DNA from: Octopus sinensis
Lineage: Eukaryota
NCBI RefSeq assembly: GCF_006345805.1
Contig: NC_042998.1
Span: forward strand, 29,636,001-29,700,000
Direction of reading: 5' to 3'
DNA: 64,000 nucleotides
This document shows positions 1 to 15,018 of this stretch, one piece after another; position 1 is the stretch's first letter; every line of letters begins with the position of its first letter. The translations under genes were made by a program, and so were the position numbers. The notes under the pieces are model-generated. The model was not told the DNA's origin, did not search any database, and saw only the letters and a program-made list of their open reading frames with translations.

Positions 1-304
1 TTATAAATATATGTATGTATGTATGTATGTATAGGCGCAGGTTTGGCTATGTGGTAAGCAGCTTTCTAAATCTGTCTCGTGGTTAGACGTGTTTTTTGGG
101 CGGTGAGTCAAACGTTTTGTTGAACCTTGGAATAATTTTTCTGTTGGAATTATTGACTGTTTATTGTTGAACATTTTCGAACTGTTGAACCTTGTTGAAC
201 TGTTAAACTTTGAAAATGTTTGTGCTTTTTCCGGGTGACAGGAGAATGTAATTGATTGTGTAAAGCCATTTTTGCAGTTGTGAATTGTTGAAATATTGAA
301 CTTG

Positions 305-740
305 TTAAAGCCGTTATAGGCTTTATTGTCGTGCAGCTTCCCAGCGGGAGGGGGGCATTCGAACTGTTATCCTCATTAAGAGGGAACAAATATTATAAGT
401 TTCCCGTGTTTAACGATAATCAATTTATTATTGTGTGAAAAATTTAATTTTAGCCGTTGTAGGCTTTATTGTGGCAGCCCACACCTAGCGGGGATGAGAT
501 TTGAACTGTTGTCCCCGTTGTGAGGAAAAAGAAAACATAATATAGGTTTCCCCACCTGTTTTTTTTTTGTGGATACTGCATTTTTATTATTGTGAAAAAA
601 ATTTAATTTCGACCGTTGTAGTCTTTGTTGTTACGTCTCGCCCACCAGCGGGGGTGGGATTTGAACTATTGTCCTCGTTGAGAGGAGAAAAAAAGTAAAA
701 ATTTATAGGTTTCCCGTTTTCTGGGATTAAATTGTGCACA
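305..740. repeat. Three diverged tandem units of about 150 bp
   Basis: The motif gccgttgtaggctttattgt...gaactgtt.tcc...ataggtttccc recurs near 310, 454 and 612. Confidence 0.75.
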
Positions 741-1049
741 AATTTATTTCGAACGAATATGTCGGTCGAAATATTTTCAGAGAAAATTTCACTGGAAGAG
801 CCAGTTAAGAAATTTTCAGTAGTTACCGCGGTGGCTACTGAAAACTTCGAACTGACCAAGGAATAGCTCTCCGAGAGGGGGATGATATAAAAATATCACC
901 CTCACCTAGTGTTGAAAAATTGAAAAGAGGGACAGTTGTTTTCAAAACATACTGTCCTTCAACAAAGAAATTTAAGCACTTTGAGCAGTGCAAAATTGAA
1001 AAAGGTCTGGCTCCCATATGGGAAGACATAAAGTATATAGCGAGGGGGC

Positions 1050-2150
1050 CGTACTTATACGACTTAAATATTCGCAGGCCTCTAACAAAAGCCCGTTTGT
1101 TTTTCAGTCCTTAGATTAACGAATCAAGAGTTACAGAAAGTCCAACATGGCTACTGGAAGATAGACTGTTATTAATTAAGATGGGGCGCGAAGTGCTGCC
1201 AAAGAATATCACTTGGTCAGTGACGGCAGTTCCTTTAGAAATGGGAATTATTTTGACTACGTAGCTGGACAAGAAGCTAGCGGAGTTCATATTTCCTGTT
1301 CATAGATGCTGCAGGTTGAAAAGGATATGTAGTCTTCGATATAGGCAGAGATGGCAATTGCAGGCGCCGGGTGAAGCGGGTGATGCCATGTTAACGATGG
1401 TCCATTCGATGCTGGGTGTTTCATTCAGGGGATCAACAGGGGAAGTATTCGATGCTATGTGTCTCATTCCTCAGCCACCATAGGAAGCGAGGAAAAGATG
1501 TGGAATTCTCTCTATCCTTGCCTCTGAGCGAGCACGTGTGTTCTGTGTACCATCCCTTGATATTGTCGGTTGTCGTACCCGTGTAGTGCCTTGTAATGCT
1601 AGCGGATTGTATGGGAGTAGTTCTGTACAATTCAGACTGAGAGGCAGGATCATTCTACAGGGCAGTTGTAGGGTTTCAGGAGTTACAGGTTGGAATTGAA
1701 AGGTTGTGTCGGTGCATGTTTGAGTCTTTGTGACGTAAAATACTAGAAGGGATGTTCTCTAAGCGGGAATAGCTCACCTTGACGTTATGTGGCTTGAAGA
1801 GCATGTAGTATTTGTGGACGCTGGGGATATGCTTCATAATCAATGACAGGAATCTCCAAGATACGATGACTGAACCAGATTACATTTCTCTAGTTAGTCC
1901 TCTTCGTGAACGGTGTGGAAGTAGGATTCCTCCATATATGTTAACTTCTGGGTAAACTCACTCCCGGTAGATATGCTGGACTAACTGTATCATTCCATTA
2001 GGTAATCCAAAGCCTGAAGGAGAAGGGCTTCTGTTTGAGGCCTGCGAATATATAATTCGCATAGAACCAAATCAAAATGTTTTGAATAATACATGTAACG
2101 CCTAGTAAATTTGTTGCGTGTCTTACTATTTCTTGTGTCCACTCATTCGT
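1050..2150 (-). mobile_element. Old, degraded PLE remnant (RT thumb plus GIY-YIG)
   Basis: Minus-strand translation gives RNVIWF...HKYYMLFKPHNVKVSYSRLENI...ELYRTT...RHYTGTT..NIKGWYTEH...ENST.F..FLWWL, the same motif order as the 17-19 kb element. 1532-1650 is duplicated at 2250-2368. Confidence 0.6.
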
Positions 2151-3067
2151 ATATAATAATAATAACATAGACACACACACACACATATATGTATGTGTGT
2201 GTGTGTATGTATGTTTAAGCGCCTAATTCAACTGAGTCTTACATACATACACACGTGTGTTCTGTGTACCATCCCTTGATATTGTTGGTTGTCGTACTCG
2301 TGTAGTGCCTTGTAATGCTAGCGGATTGTATGGGAGTAGTTCTGTACACTTCAGACTGAGAGGCAGGATTGCATAAATACATACATACATACACACATAC
2401 ATACATATATCTGTGTGTGTATGTGTGTGTGTGTGTGTGTGTGTGCGTTTGCCCATATAGTTATATTTATATGCAAATATAGAGAAATAGTATACCAATA
2501 CGATTTTTTGCGATTATAATATTCCATTCATTAACTTCACATTGACAATAATACTTATGAAATTCTCTGTGACAAGGCATTTGATGAATTAATTCAGTCC
2601 AGACAGTAATTTGAACACGTATTTTCTAAGAGACCAGAACTCCTTACATAAACCTTATTATTTCGTTTGAAAAGCAACAATGATTATTGTTAATGTTATA
2701 TTTCAGTTGTGAGAATAATGCATTGAAGATACGCTATTGCACTAAAATTACGTCTCCAATTTCTGATTCCGAAAATAATTCGGATTAAAGTACTTAATAT
2801 TTACTCCGAATATTCCGACATCTAAATATAATACTTTTCTACTAGAGAGAAGAAAATAAATAATATTTTCCGAAAGCAATCGACTTTGATGTTTCTGACG
2901 CTAATTAAGGTACAGCTTCAAGAATGTTCAATAAAATATTGATACACTTACACATTGATGCAGTGAGGTTTAATAGTGAATATATATATATAATATATAT
3001 ATATATATATGTGTGTGTGTAAGTGTATGTGTGTGTATAGACTGTTATAGACAAGGCGTACAAACAT

Positions 3068-3158
<91 letters not shown>

Positions 3159-3499
3159 AAATTAGATCACTTTCGTGATAAAATCTGGTAATAACAGAAA
3201 TATTTTGAAGCAACATTTTATCTCATGAAGCATTAGGACTATAAATAACTGGGTTAATAATAAATAGGAAAGGTCATTGACGGCTTATACAGTTACACTT
3301 GCAATGAGGTGTTAGAAGTGAAACGTTTCAGATATTTGTACTTTGTCCGCACTGGGAGGAAAAGGATGAAGAGGGAAAATAAAGTGGGTGAGAATATGCT
3401 ATTAAACCGTAGGTTGTGACAACGTCAAGCACGTCCATTAAATCTCTCTCTCTCCCACGATCAATCAATCCATCCATCCATCCATCCATCAATCCACCC

Positions 3500-3569
<70 letters not shown>

Positions 3570-3862
3570 GTCTTTATTTCCTCCCTGCCTGAGGTTACCC
3601 TGGTCTTTTCTGTAGGCTTTTCTTTCCACGGAGGAACCTAATCGTGTTTCTTACTTAAAAAAAAGTTCTTTCTGTGATACACGATCCCTTTTGATCGCCA
3701 TTTTTTTCCGATCCCTTTTGATCGGAATTTTACATTTGTTTCCTTTTTTCCTTTTTCTTTTTTCATCTTCGAAAAGAAAAGCTCTACATTTGTATTTTCC
3801 CCTCTGTGTTTAGCCCTGTGTGGCCAATAAAGTTATCTGTCTATCCATCCATTCATCCCTCC

Positions 3863-3947
<85 letters not shown>

Positions 3948-4240
3948 GTCTTTATTTCCTCCCTGCCTGAGGTTACCCTGGTCTTTTCTGTAGGCTTTTC
4001 TTTCCACGGAGGAACCTAATCGTGTTTCTTACTTAAAAAAAAGTTCTTTCTGTGATACACGATCCCTTTTGATCGCCATTTTTTTCCGATCCCTTTTGAT
4101 CGGAATTTTACATTTGTTTCCTTTTTTCCTTTTTCTTTTTTCATCTTCGAAAAGAAAAGCTCTACATTTGTATTTTCCCCTCTGTGTTCAGCCCTGTGTG
4201 GCCAATAAAGTTATCTGTCTATCCATCCATTCATCCCTCC

Positions 4241-4242
<2 letters not shown>
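3570..4242 (+). repeat. Tandem pair of a ~295-bp LINE-like 3' tail embedded in (TATC)n
   Basis: 3570-3865 is near-identical to 3947-4242. Each ends with AATAAAG followed by (TATC)n. A diverged inverted copy at about 13068-13320 also abuts (GATA)n. Confidence 0.8.
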
Positions 4243-4333
<91 letters not shown>

Positions 4334-4414
4334 CCTACCTATCTATCTGTCTATGTGTTTGTCAATCGATCTATCTACTTATCTATCTATCCATCCAGGT
4401 GATCCATTTGCTGT

Positions 4415-4665
4415 TAACATCCGCTAAATGGAGGGTATTGACAGAGGGTGTGTCGCCGTTTGTGCGGCGCGCTTTCCCGGAGCTCGTCTCCTTGGCCGAC
4501 CTACAGTCGTAGATTAAACAGAGACCGAGGCTAGGTGAATGATACTGCGAGCGTCGCGTTGCCCTCAAGCAACTCTGCCGTCCGGGACCAAACTTGTGCG
4601 ACTCCATTACAACAAAGGCGTTCTATAGAGGATTAGTGGAGCGGAGGTGTGAAGAAACAATCGAT
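4415..4665 (+). mobile_element. Probable Tx1/L1-like LINE ORF2 fragment
   Basis: GC-richer coding-like stretch (RVALKQLCRP...TKAFYRGLVERR) next to (TATC)n. The clade is inferred by recall. Confidence 0.35.
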
Positions 4666-4779
4666 ATTGGAGGTACTCTTAGCAATGTTACGAGTAGTAT
4701 TACGGCTAAAATCTTCGCGAAGGTTATTCGTATACATTCATATAAAGTTGCAACTGAGAAAAGGTTAGCTTATCTAAAA

Positions 4780-5260
4780 GACTTGAAGCCATCTGAATAT
4801 TGGAAAATAATAGTTATCTGTATCATGATGGTTCGCGCCGGATTCCAAAATGCCGATATCGTGAATGCTACTCGGTGCTCTGTGAGCAGTTGAAAGACTG
4901 TAAGACGTGACATGAACAGTTGCACAAAGACTATGAAGCCGTGGCCAGCTGGAAGGGACACAGCAGATATCTTGACTGTGTTCGCCTGCCGGTATTTGTT
5001 CCCTCATCTTTGAACATGACCTTAAAGCTCAATTCAAACGTGATGTGAAGCTGCTGAGACTGTTGTCAATTCTAGCTAGGGAGAGTAGCTGCTGGAAGGT
5101 TAGATGTGAGGCAGCAGGAGTCGGATCCTTGCCACACTTCGGCAAGAGTCAGCAGTGATTGACGGAAAATTTCTACGACTTTACCAGCCCCAAATTCTGG
5201 CTTCTAATTTCACTGATTATAATCCCATGGATTATAAAATGTAGGGCACAAATAGATAGA
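4780..5260 (+). mobile_element. Tc1/mariner (maT-like) transposase remnant
   Basis: HTH-like N-terminal piece, plus a decayed FW..NS.DYNPMDY resembling the WPPxSPDLNPxDY motif at about 5195-5240. Confidence 0.5.
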
Positions 5261-5316
5261 TAGATGAAAGACCGATCATGAGGTAGATAGATATATAGAC
5301 AGACAAACAGACAGAC

Positions 5317-5417
<101 letters not shown>

Positions 5418-6661
5418 TTAATTACTCTTAATAGGAATATTAATAATAGAATTGAGGAAAAAAAGTAAAATCGTATTGAAGTGTAAATGAAATGCGGTAG
5501 GGTTTCAAGTAATTTTTACTTAAATGAGATTTTCTCTGCAATTTGTAGATGACACGTTTCTGTAAAGACTTTGTTGTCTTAATCTAAAATAATATAAGCA
5601 AGTGAAAGAAAGAGCTTCAATAAAATTATCGAAGAGGAAATTTTAGGAAAGAAAAAAAAGCAAAGAAACGTTGAACCAAACTGAAAACCAACTAGTGAGA
5701 AGAACATTTGTATTGACAAAGACTATCCTTGTAATTATTTGTCAAAAACTGTATTGTGTATATTTGATATCTAAGAATACTACTAAGGAAAGGAGATAAC
5801 TCCAATGAAATCAGATAATTGATTTTGTTTGGGTTTGAATAAAACTTAGTCTTTTTTATGAGGAGGCGTTATAGAAAATAATAGCGGTTAATGCCTCACA
5901 ATTTTGCCCTGAAGGAAAGATCTGTCCTCATCTGCATGAGATTAACGTTTTTTTTTTTAATATAAAAGAACCAAATGATTAACGGATATTTTTCAGTTAT
6001 CTCAAGTATTTGACAAATAAAACGCTCCTATTTGATAACTTGTTTAGTCATATGATTAGATGTATAATGGAAAGCCACTTGCTGGCCGAGGGACAATTAT
6101 AAGAAAATATTTGCACCATTAGCGAACACCCCTGTGACGAATCGTTGCATACCGCAAGATGAACCTTGTTATTTATTCTTCAACCAAGCAGAATAGAATA
6201 GAGAAACAAAAATAGAAATAAAAAAACCGTCATTAACATTTGCTTCCATATTCAAGAGATGTGGGCGATGGGTAATTTTCAGGAATAATTAGAAAAAAAT
6301 TATTATGACAAAAGAAAATATGAATATTTCGTTGACGCTCACTCAGTTGGCAAGAAAACATTAGAAAAATAGATAAGTACCCCAAATATTTAAGGAACAA
6401 ATAAATATGAGTGAAAACTCGACGGGTGATAAACAATTAATTTTAAAGATAATTGCTTAAAGCGAACTGCATTTAAAAGATTAATTGAATAAAACCATGT
6501 TTCTCTTTATCAGTTGATATTCATACAAACATGCATATGTAGTAGTAGTAGTAGTAGGTGCATGTATGTAGGTATGTAAGTATGCATGTAGGTGTGTGCA
6601 TTTGGGTGTATGAATGTATGCAGGCGTGGCTTTATGGTAAGAAGTCTGCTTCCCAACCACA

Positions 6662-7785
6662 CGTTTGCTTTCTTTCTCAATTAACGCTATGTCTGGTTTC
6701 CTATGCTCTATCGCATGGTCACACTGAATCACAAAATTCCATAGGATCTCTGCATTATTGATGATACCTTCGCGTTTATGTCCGTACCATTTTTTGCTAT
6801 ATCAAGTCCATACTTGTCGCAAAGTGTTCAATGAACAAGCCTTGCTATATTGTCTTCGAATCTCTTATATTCCTTCTGGCCTAGTGGCGTACATTGTCTG
6901 GTAATACGCCATACGGTTTCACCATTTTTTCCACAAATTCTGCACTTATCACTTTCTGATGAGTTGTCTATTCTGTATTTGATATAATTGGTTCTTAGTG
7001 CTTCCTCTCGGGCAGCACAATTAGCGCTTCCGTTTCCAGTTTTAAATCACTTTTAGTCATCCACAGCCATCTTTTTCCTCTGCCTGTCCTCTCTTCAACA
7101 TCCCTATGAAGTTGCCCATGCATTCTTTTCTTTATCTACCTGTTTTCAGTTTCATTCATTCTCAAGTGCTTGTATATTGCTTTATCTTTTACAATCTTCC
7201 ATCCTACACATGCCTCATCTTCTTACTTTCAATAAAAGCGGTTCTTTGGTATTTTTACATACTATGGTATGTTGTTTTCTTCTGCTCTAATGCTGTGTTC
7301 GCATCCAATCAGTCCTCTTCCCCTCTTTTTCTTGATACATACAGTCTGTCTCTGTCACTATTTGAGTGAAGTGACCCATATCTAGTCAGCAACTTCCTTG
7401 TCTTTCTTTCTAAGCTGTTAGCTCGTCTACTCTCCATTCAATTACCCCTGCTCCATATCTAAGGAGTGAAACCGCTCAGGCGTTGCTAGCTTCAATCTTA
7501 TTCCGTCCGTCTAACTTAAGAATCAGCCTCAGTTTGCGCAAGTACTCCACCTTGAATTTTTCTGTCATTTCTCCAAGATCCCCAAGTACGTATAGCCCGT
7601 CTCTTCTATTTGCTTCATAACATCCTCCGACGGTATGCTAGCCTGTCCATACATTTGATTTTGCCTCTCTTCAAGGCTAACACACCACACATTTTCAGTC
7701 CGAACTTCATCCTGATATCAACACTGAAAGTATACACTGTATTAACGGGGAAACTGACTTGGGATTCATATTTACCATAAAATTA
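6662..7785 (-). mobile_element. R4/Dong-like non-LTR retrotransposon remnant (RT end, zinc knuckle, RLE)
   Basis: Minus-strand pieces DIRMKFGLKMC, ALRTNY, DKCRICGKNGETVW, ILW.F.IQCDHAIEHRKPDIALIEK (PD-type RLE). Many stops and frameshifts. Confidence 0.8.
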
Positions 7786-8448
7786 GAATTTTCTCCTACT
7801 CAAAAGGTCCCTGAATAAGGTTTGTTTTAAGGATGATGAACGAAACATCCATGATACCAGAGGTGAACTATTCAAACCCTCAAAGAATCCCTCTCAACAC
7901 ATGACTATGATGCCCCTCCACTACTCCTGCTCGTAATCAGAGATGCAGATATCGTCAGCCACTAAGGGACATGCTCAACTGGTTGAGGTCAAACAACCCA
8001 CAAGCAGATCTGTGGTATTGAGCAGAATATTTGCTGTAGTCCATCTTTTCTACCAAGACAAAACAATGAACATGATAACACTTCCAATCAGTAAAGATCA
8101 GAAGCCATGAGAGCCACTGCCTGGTACTGCATCAGGGCACTTTATGATTATTGTTATTATCATAATTATTACTGCTACTACTACTTTCGAGGTCGATGAA
8201 ATAAATACCAGTTGAGCACTGAGGTTTATGTAATCAACTTACTCCCACCTGTTAATGTTGTGATACTGTTGTGATACTTATTAAGGGGTTACGGCATTTC
8301 TTTATGTTTTATTTTGTTATAATCATAACATTCTTACACTTTGATCATATTTCTACCACCGTGTGATCGCAAGTTTGACCGAGATGGCATTTAAACGTTC
8401 ATATCGGTTTTCTTTCAGAGTTAAATTACCTAGAATTTTTAATAACTG

Positions 8449-8633
8449 TTCTGTTGTGTCTGGGGAGAGTAATTTTTTTTTGTGCCTTATAATATAACAC
8501 ACTCACCGGTAAAATTTCCACTTTTTTCTTATTTTTATTTTCCTAAAATTTTCGTTGCGTCTATACTTGTTGCAATAGTATACTTGTTTTCAATAGTAAA
8601 AAAAGAAAATGACTCTCCCCAGACACTACAGAA
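8449..8633. mobile_element. MITE
   Basis: TIR ctgttgtgtctggggagagt / actctccccagacactacag. A lone end occurs at about 15040-15080. Confidence 0.65.
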
Positions 8634-9879
8634 TATGCTTCAACATACGAACTCAGATAGAGAATCTTGCAAATCCAAAATTTAATAACTGTTTTCTGTT
8701 TATTACTGGTGTTACCGTAGTGTTTTTCTTGCGTTTTTTCTTTTTTTTTTGCATGTCTTATAAAAGCATATTATACAATAAAGAAGGAAACACAGGGAAG
8801 AATATCTATGAAGTTTTACCTGAGCCTTTTGCTTTATAACAAACATAAGATTATATTCTTATGTGTAACCAGATATCTTTGAGATATTCAGTAAACTTAA
8901 CAAGCCAAGCAGTTTCTGTGGGAGTGGTATTTATGCATATTTATAAGCGTTCCGTTAGCCATTTATCATAACAAAATAATACTGGCGAGAAAACCTCGAG
9001 GCAAACCAGTTTTAATTACAATCAATATGCATCAATACAATTAAACATGACTTTATAGGGGGTCATTTATCAGCGTTTAGGCATAATTAATTGTCTCTTT
9101 TTACTCTAGAGTCTTGCGTATGCTAACAGTTTTTAATCTCGCTTCGAATAATTGAAATGCATACCGCAAAGACAGATGCGTTTCCTGGTGATAATTATTT
9201 AAGAATAAAAACAATCGTTCTCAGCATATGTTAATGATACAAGTAACAGCGTAGGAGCCAGTTCGGCATTCAGCCCTTTCATAGGTTCCGGTATTATTAT
9301 TAAAATATTCAAAAGGGAGATGGGTGATAGACTATGTAGAGCCGTCATTGAAACTAATTTGTGCTGTTTAGTTACGTCTCTGGATAATCTGCGATCAAAT
9401 CCTGCTGAAGTCCGCATTTGCTTTCATCCTTAAGAAAACAAATACATCATTTAATATTGACTATATCCGTTCGTCATATATAACTTACAACTATATATTT
9501 TTATGTGCTCTTTTCAAGCCTAGCCAGGCTCATGGACCCGGTTTCCCGGTTTCTATGGCGTATGTGTTCCCCCCAGCCGGACGGCACGCAGCGTTACTCA
9601 AGAAACAGGAAGAAATAATGAGAGAATGTTGGAGCGAAAGAGTACAACAGGGGTTGCCACCACCCCCTGCCGGAGCCTCGTGGAGCTTTAGGTGATTTCG
9701 CTCAATAAACACACACAACGCCCGGTCTGGGAATCGAAACCGCGATCCTCCGACTGCGAGTCCGCTGCCCTAACCACTGGGCCATTGCGCCTGCTCAAAG
9801 CCATATATAACTTACATTATTTGCAATGCATCTTATGGTTAAATAGGAATGCCAATCAACTTTCGAAATATATTGGTTT

Positions 9880-10640
9880 CAAATTTTAGGACAAGGCCTG
9901 CAATTTTGGGAGGAGGGTTAAGTCGATTACATCGACCCCAGTACTTAAACTGTACTTAAGTTATCGATCCTGAAAAGGATGAAAGGCAAATTCTTCGTGG
10001 ACAGAATTTGAACTCAGAACGTAGCGGCAGACGAAATATCTATTTCTTTACTACCCACAAGGGGCTAAACACAGAGTCGACAAACAAGGACAGACAAACG
10101 GATTAAGTCGATTATATCGACCCCAGTGCGTAACTGGTACTTAATTTGTCGATCCCGAAAGGATGAAAGGCAAAGTCGACCTCGGCGGAACTTGAACTCA
10201 GAACGCAGCGGCAGACGAAATACCTATTTCTTTACTACCCACAAGGGGCTACACACAGAGGAAACAAACAAGGACAGACAAACGGATTAAGTCGATCATA
10301 TCGATCCCAGTGCGTAAGTGGTACTTATTTAATCGACCCCGAAAGGATGAAAGGCAAAGTCGACCTCGGCGGAATTTGAACTCAGAACGCAGCGGCAGAC
10401 GAAATACCTATTTCTTTACTACCCACAAGGGGCTAAACACAGAGGAAACAAACAAGGACAGACAAACGGATTAAGTCGATCATATCGATCCCAGTGCGTA
10501 ACTGGTACCTATTTAATCGAAACCCGAAAGGGTGAAAGACAAAGTCGACCTCGGCGGAATTTGAACTCAGAACGCAGCGGCAGACGAAATACCGCCAAGT
10601 ATTTTGCCCGGCGTGCTAACGATTCTGCCATCTCACCGCC
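9880..10640 (-). mobile_element. tRNA-derived SINE (Nin-domain-like) with its body tandemly repeated about four times
   Basis: Head with A box TGGCAGAATCG and B box GAGTTCAAATTCC, and core GCCTTTCATCCTTTCGGGGTCGAT. ~185-bp units. Other copies at 13495-13732, 27105-27283, 27688-27890, 34138-34527, 43822-43968, 56055-56445, 59682-60100. Confidence 0.8.
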
Positions 10641-11992
10641 AAAACTTTCAAAATATATTAGAGCTCATTTGTCGGATATAGACTTCATCTGAACTAACAT
10701 TTGATCAACATTTGCTTCCAAGTCATTCTGATCTCGCTTAAGAAAAACATATAAGTTCATGCGTCATGAATTATCTTCACTAATAGAAGTATACATATGT
10801 CATAAAATCTTGTTTGGTCAAGACTTTTCTCCAGACAATTATTCCATTTTCACGACATCTTATATTTCCATTAATAAGAAATAAGGAATCAAGCCGCTCA
10901 AACTACCAAATATGTCATAAATATATAAACATAATTGACATATTCGTACGGCTAATAAAATAAAACAGTCGGTCTCATTTATTTTCTGGTTGATAAATTA
11001 CATATGTTTACAGAAGAAGTTCGTTATACACTTCGTTATGCGATTGGTTATAAAGCAGCACCAATAGCCGGTCAGCATTGAATCTTTTAAGACGAAAATG
11101 AATTTATACATATGAGGCAAACACTTGAAAACTACTGCCAATCAAACTTTCTTTGTAAAACTTATCAAATAGAATAAGCGACTAAAACGTATCGAGCGAT
11201 TCTCCAGCTGTTTCTTTATATAATCGGACATAAGCGCAATATCTATATATGCATACATGCACTCACTTATGTGTGAGCGTGTGTTGGCGGGTGAGAGTAT
11301 GTGTCTAGGTATACTACTAAATATATAATAGAAGGAAAATGTGGGCGCAGTATCCTAGAATATTCTTAAGTATTAAACCTGAAAAAATACAGTACAAGCA
11401 TTAGTTAAGCCTGGGAGAGTACAGTACAAGCATTAGTTAAGCCTGGGAAAGTAGCGGATAAGAAGAAAAAACTTAAAATATTACTGGTACAGTTAGAAAT
11501 TAAAAACTAATTAACTAATAAATGGTGGTATGTTGTCAGCTTAATGTGATAGTCCCATGAAAGGGAAGAATACTACTGTTATTTAGCCCTAGGAAACATC
11601 GGGTGGAGGTGCTTATCTTCACTTTGAAAACATAAGGACACAGGAAATGTGTCAAGTCCAACAGGAAACGGTGTTTCCTAGGGCTAAATAGCAGTAGCAT
11701 TCTTCCTTTTCATGGGACTGTCACGTTAAGTTGACAACATAATATCACTTTAGAAATGTATTATTTCAACTAATAAATGGCTTTTATATTGTTTAAATTT
11801 TAAATTCTTTTACTCTCTTACTTGTTTCAGTTATTTGACTGCGGCCATACTGGAGCACCGCATTTAGTCGAGGAAATCGACCCCATGACTTATTCTATGT
11901 AAGCCTAGTACTTATTCTAAGTTACGGGGACGTAAACACACCAGCATCTTTTCAAGAAATTGTTGGCGGGGGGCAAACACAGACACACAAAT

Positions 11993-12049
<57 letters not shown>

Positions 12050-12711
12050 CACGACGGGCTTCTTTCAGTTTCCGTCTGCTCTGAATGCTTTGGTCGGCTC
12101 GAGTCTATAGTAGAAGACACTTGCCCAAGGTGCCACGCAGTGGGATTGAACCCGGAACCATGTGGTTGGTAAGCAAGGTACTTACCACACACCCACTCCT
12201 GCACCTAGAATTTTATTTATTAAAAATGTTTACTTAAAATACTCAATAAGCTATTTATCTTCAATGTTAGTGAAAAGACTATTTGTCTACGAGTTTTTAT
12301 ATTACAAATTTATTTACTTTAAAATCTATCACTTTTAGTAGCTTAAGCGAAAGTTGCATCTATAACCTTAAATCGTTTCTTTTTCTTAAAGCGAGGGAAT
12401 CATTTCTACATTTTTACTCAAATTGTTCGTTCGCTTTCAATTTTTAAAATAGTTTTCCAGCTGTAAATAGAAAATATTTTCTCGTGTGATAATGCAAACA
12501 TTAAAGAAATTAATTCTTTTGTTTTTTAGATAATTTTTTACGGTTATTTTGAATTAAATGTATTCTACATGAGGTGAATTTCACGTTACAAGTAATATGG
12601 TTAGACCTTTGTTTCAACAACTAAGACAAAGATCCCTGAAGATCGCTCTGTTCAGTTTACGAGGAATAGCTAGAAATAATATATCTATAGATGTATACGC
12701 ATGCATATTTA

Positions 12712-12755
<44 letters not shown>

Positions 12756-12832
12756 TACGTGGGTATGTTCCCACGTGTGTGCATGCTTGCCTATATCGAT
12801 GTGCATATATATGTATGTATATGTGTATACGC

Positions 12833-12889
<57 letters not shown>

Positions 12890-12959
12890 TCACATAGATA
12901 TATATATATACACTCACATAGATACATGGATCGATCGATAGATATAGATAGATAGATGA

Positions 12960-13064
<105 letters not shown>

Positions 13065-14194
13065 CAAGTTTCTTTATTAGCCAGACAGGGCCGAACACAG
13101 AGGGGATAAAATACAATGTAGAGCTTTTCTTTTCGAAAAAAAATGAAAAAATAAAATTCCGATAATAAAGGGATCGTGAAAAAAAAAAAAACGATCAAAA
13201 GGGATCGTGTATCACAGAAAAATTTTAAAAGTGTAAAAAGCAAGATTAGGTTCATCCATGGAAAGAAAAGCCAACGTAAAAGACCACGGTAACCTCAGGA
13301 AGGGATGGGGGAATAAATACGTGTGAACAAAGTACTCTCTCTCTCTATCATTTGCCTTTAACTTGTTTCTGTCATTTGACTGCGGCCCTACTAGAGTATC
13401 GAACAAATCGACCCCAAGATTTAACTTTGTTAAAGCCTGGTATATTCTGTCTCTCTTTTGCCAAAACGTAGGGTTACGAGGAAATAAACACACCAATACC
13501 TATTTCTTTACTACCCACAAGGGGCTAAACACAGAGAGGACAAACAAGGACAGACAAATTTATTAAGTCGATTATATCGACCCCAGTGCGTAACTGGTAC
13601 TTATTTAATCGACTCCGAAAGGATGAAAGGCAAAGTCGACCTCGGCGGAATTTGAATTCAGAACGTAACGGCAGACGAAATACCACTAAGCATTTCACCT
13701 GGCATGCTAACGATTCTGCCAACACACCGCCTTAAACACACCAATACCGGTTGTCAAGCGGTGGTGGCGACAAACACACACACAAAGACACACGCACATA
13801 CACACACACACATGCGTGTGTGTGTGTGTATGTATACGACAGGTTTCTTTCAGTTTCTGTCTACCAAATTCTCTCGCAAGTCTTTGGTCGATCCGAAGCT
13901 ATAGTAGAGGATACTTGCCCAAGTGAGACGAAACCCAGAACCATATACACACACACATACACTCAGAGATGCATACACACACATACATATAAGTACAAAA
14001 TTATAAATATAATGGCGGTACCCTAGCATGGCCACAGCTCGTGAGCTGAAACTAGATAAAATAAAAATATAAATATATATACATACATATATATATATAT
14101 ATATATACATACACACACACACATATATATATATATATACATACACACACACACATATATATATATATATACATACACACACACACACACACAC

Positions 14195-14238
<44 letters not shown>

Positions 14239-14915
14239 CAAACACGGATATATTTATTTACTTACAGAGATGTAATTCTCAGTAGACCTTTTAGATAACA
14301 ATTTTGATTGGATCATTTTTAAAGAAAGGCAAATGGTGATTTTAATGTCGATCACATTTTCCTTATTAATGCTTGGGTTTTGTAATTGAGTTGGAAACAT
14401 AACAATAGATTACTGCTGTCAATATGAATAAACATGGCTGCTTAATATCAATGTTAGTTTGAGCATCGCAGACAAAATGGGTCCGCAGAAAGCGAAATAC
14501 TTGAAAGGAATGCAATCTTTGTTAGGAAGAATTTGTTTGGATAGTATGTCTTACGTGAACGTAATAATTATAATTAATAATCTATACATTAATAGCATTC
14601 ATATAAAATTCGTACAAGAACATTTGCTTCTATTTACCGAATAACGGATTGACAAATCACCATCATAGGATGTCTGTTATTAAAGGTTTGTTCTGACCAA
14701 AATATATCAACAATCCCATAATTCTTAAATCAGTCAGCTCAAATGTTGTCGTGACTTTGGTATATCTATTTCGCTCTGTCGTAAGTTTTGGAATTATTAT
14801 CATTAACCATCTTCTCTGTATTGAACAAAATTTCTGAAATCAGAAATATAATCTAGCTAATTAATCTTTCTTTGATTTACTAAATTTATCTTTCCGTTTT
14901 ATTGAAATTTGCAAT

Positions 14916-15018
14916 TCACCCGACGAGATACATCTACACCGCCGGATGCTCATGAACCAGTTGTTGAGTGTGTCCTACCCATGAGGAATCGATGCTGGAT
15001 GTGTCGAAACAATTGTGA
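14916..15018 (+). ncRNA. Degenerate hammerhead-like motif with long stem II
   Basis: tcac-CCGACGA-gatacatcta...ctcatg...catgag...tggatgtgtc-GAAA-CAATT-gtga. The cleavage region is irregular. Confidence 0.4.
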
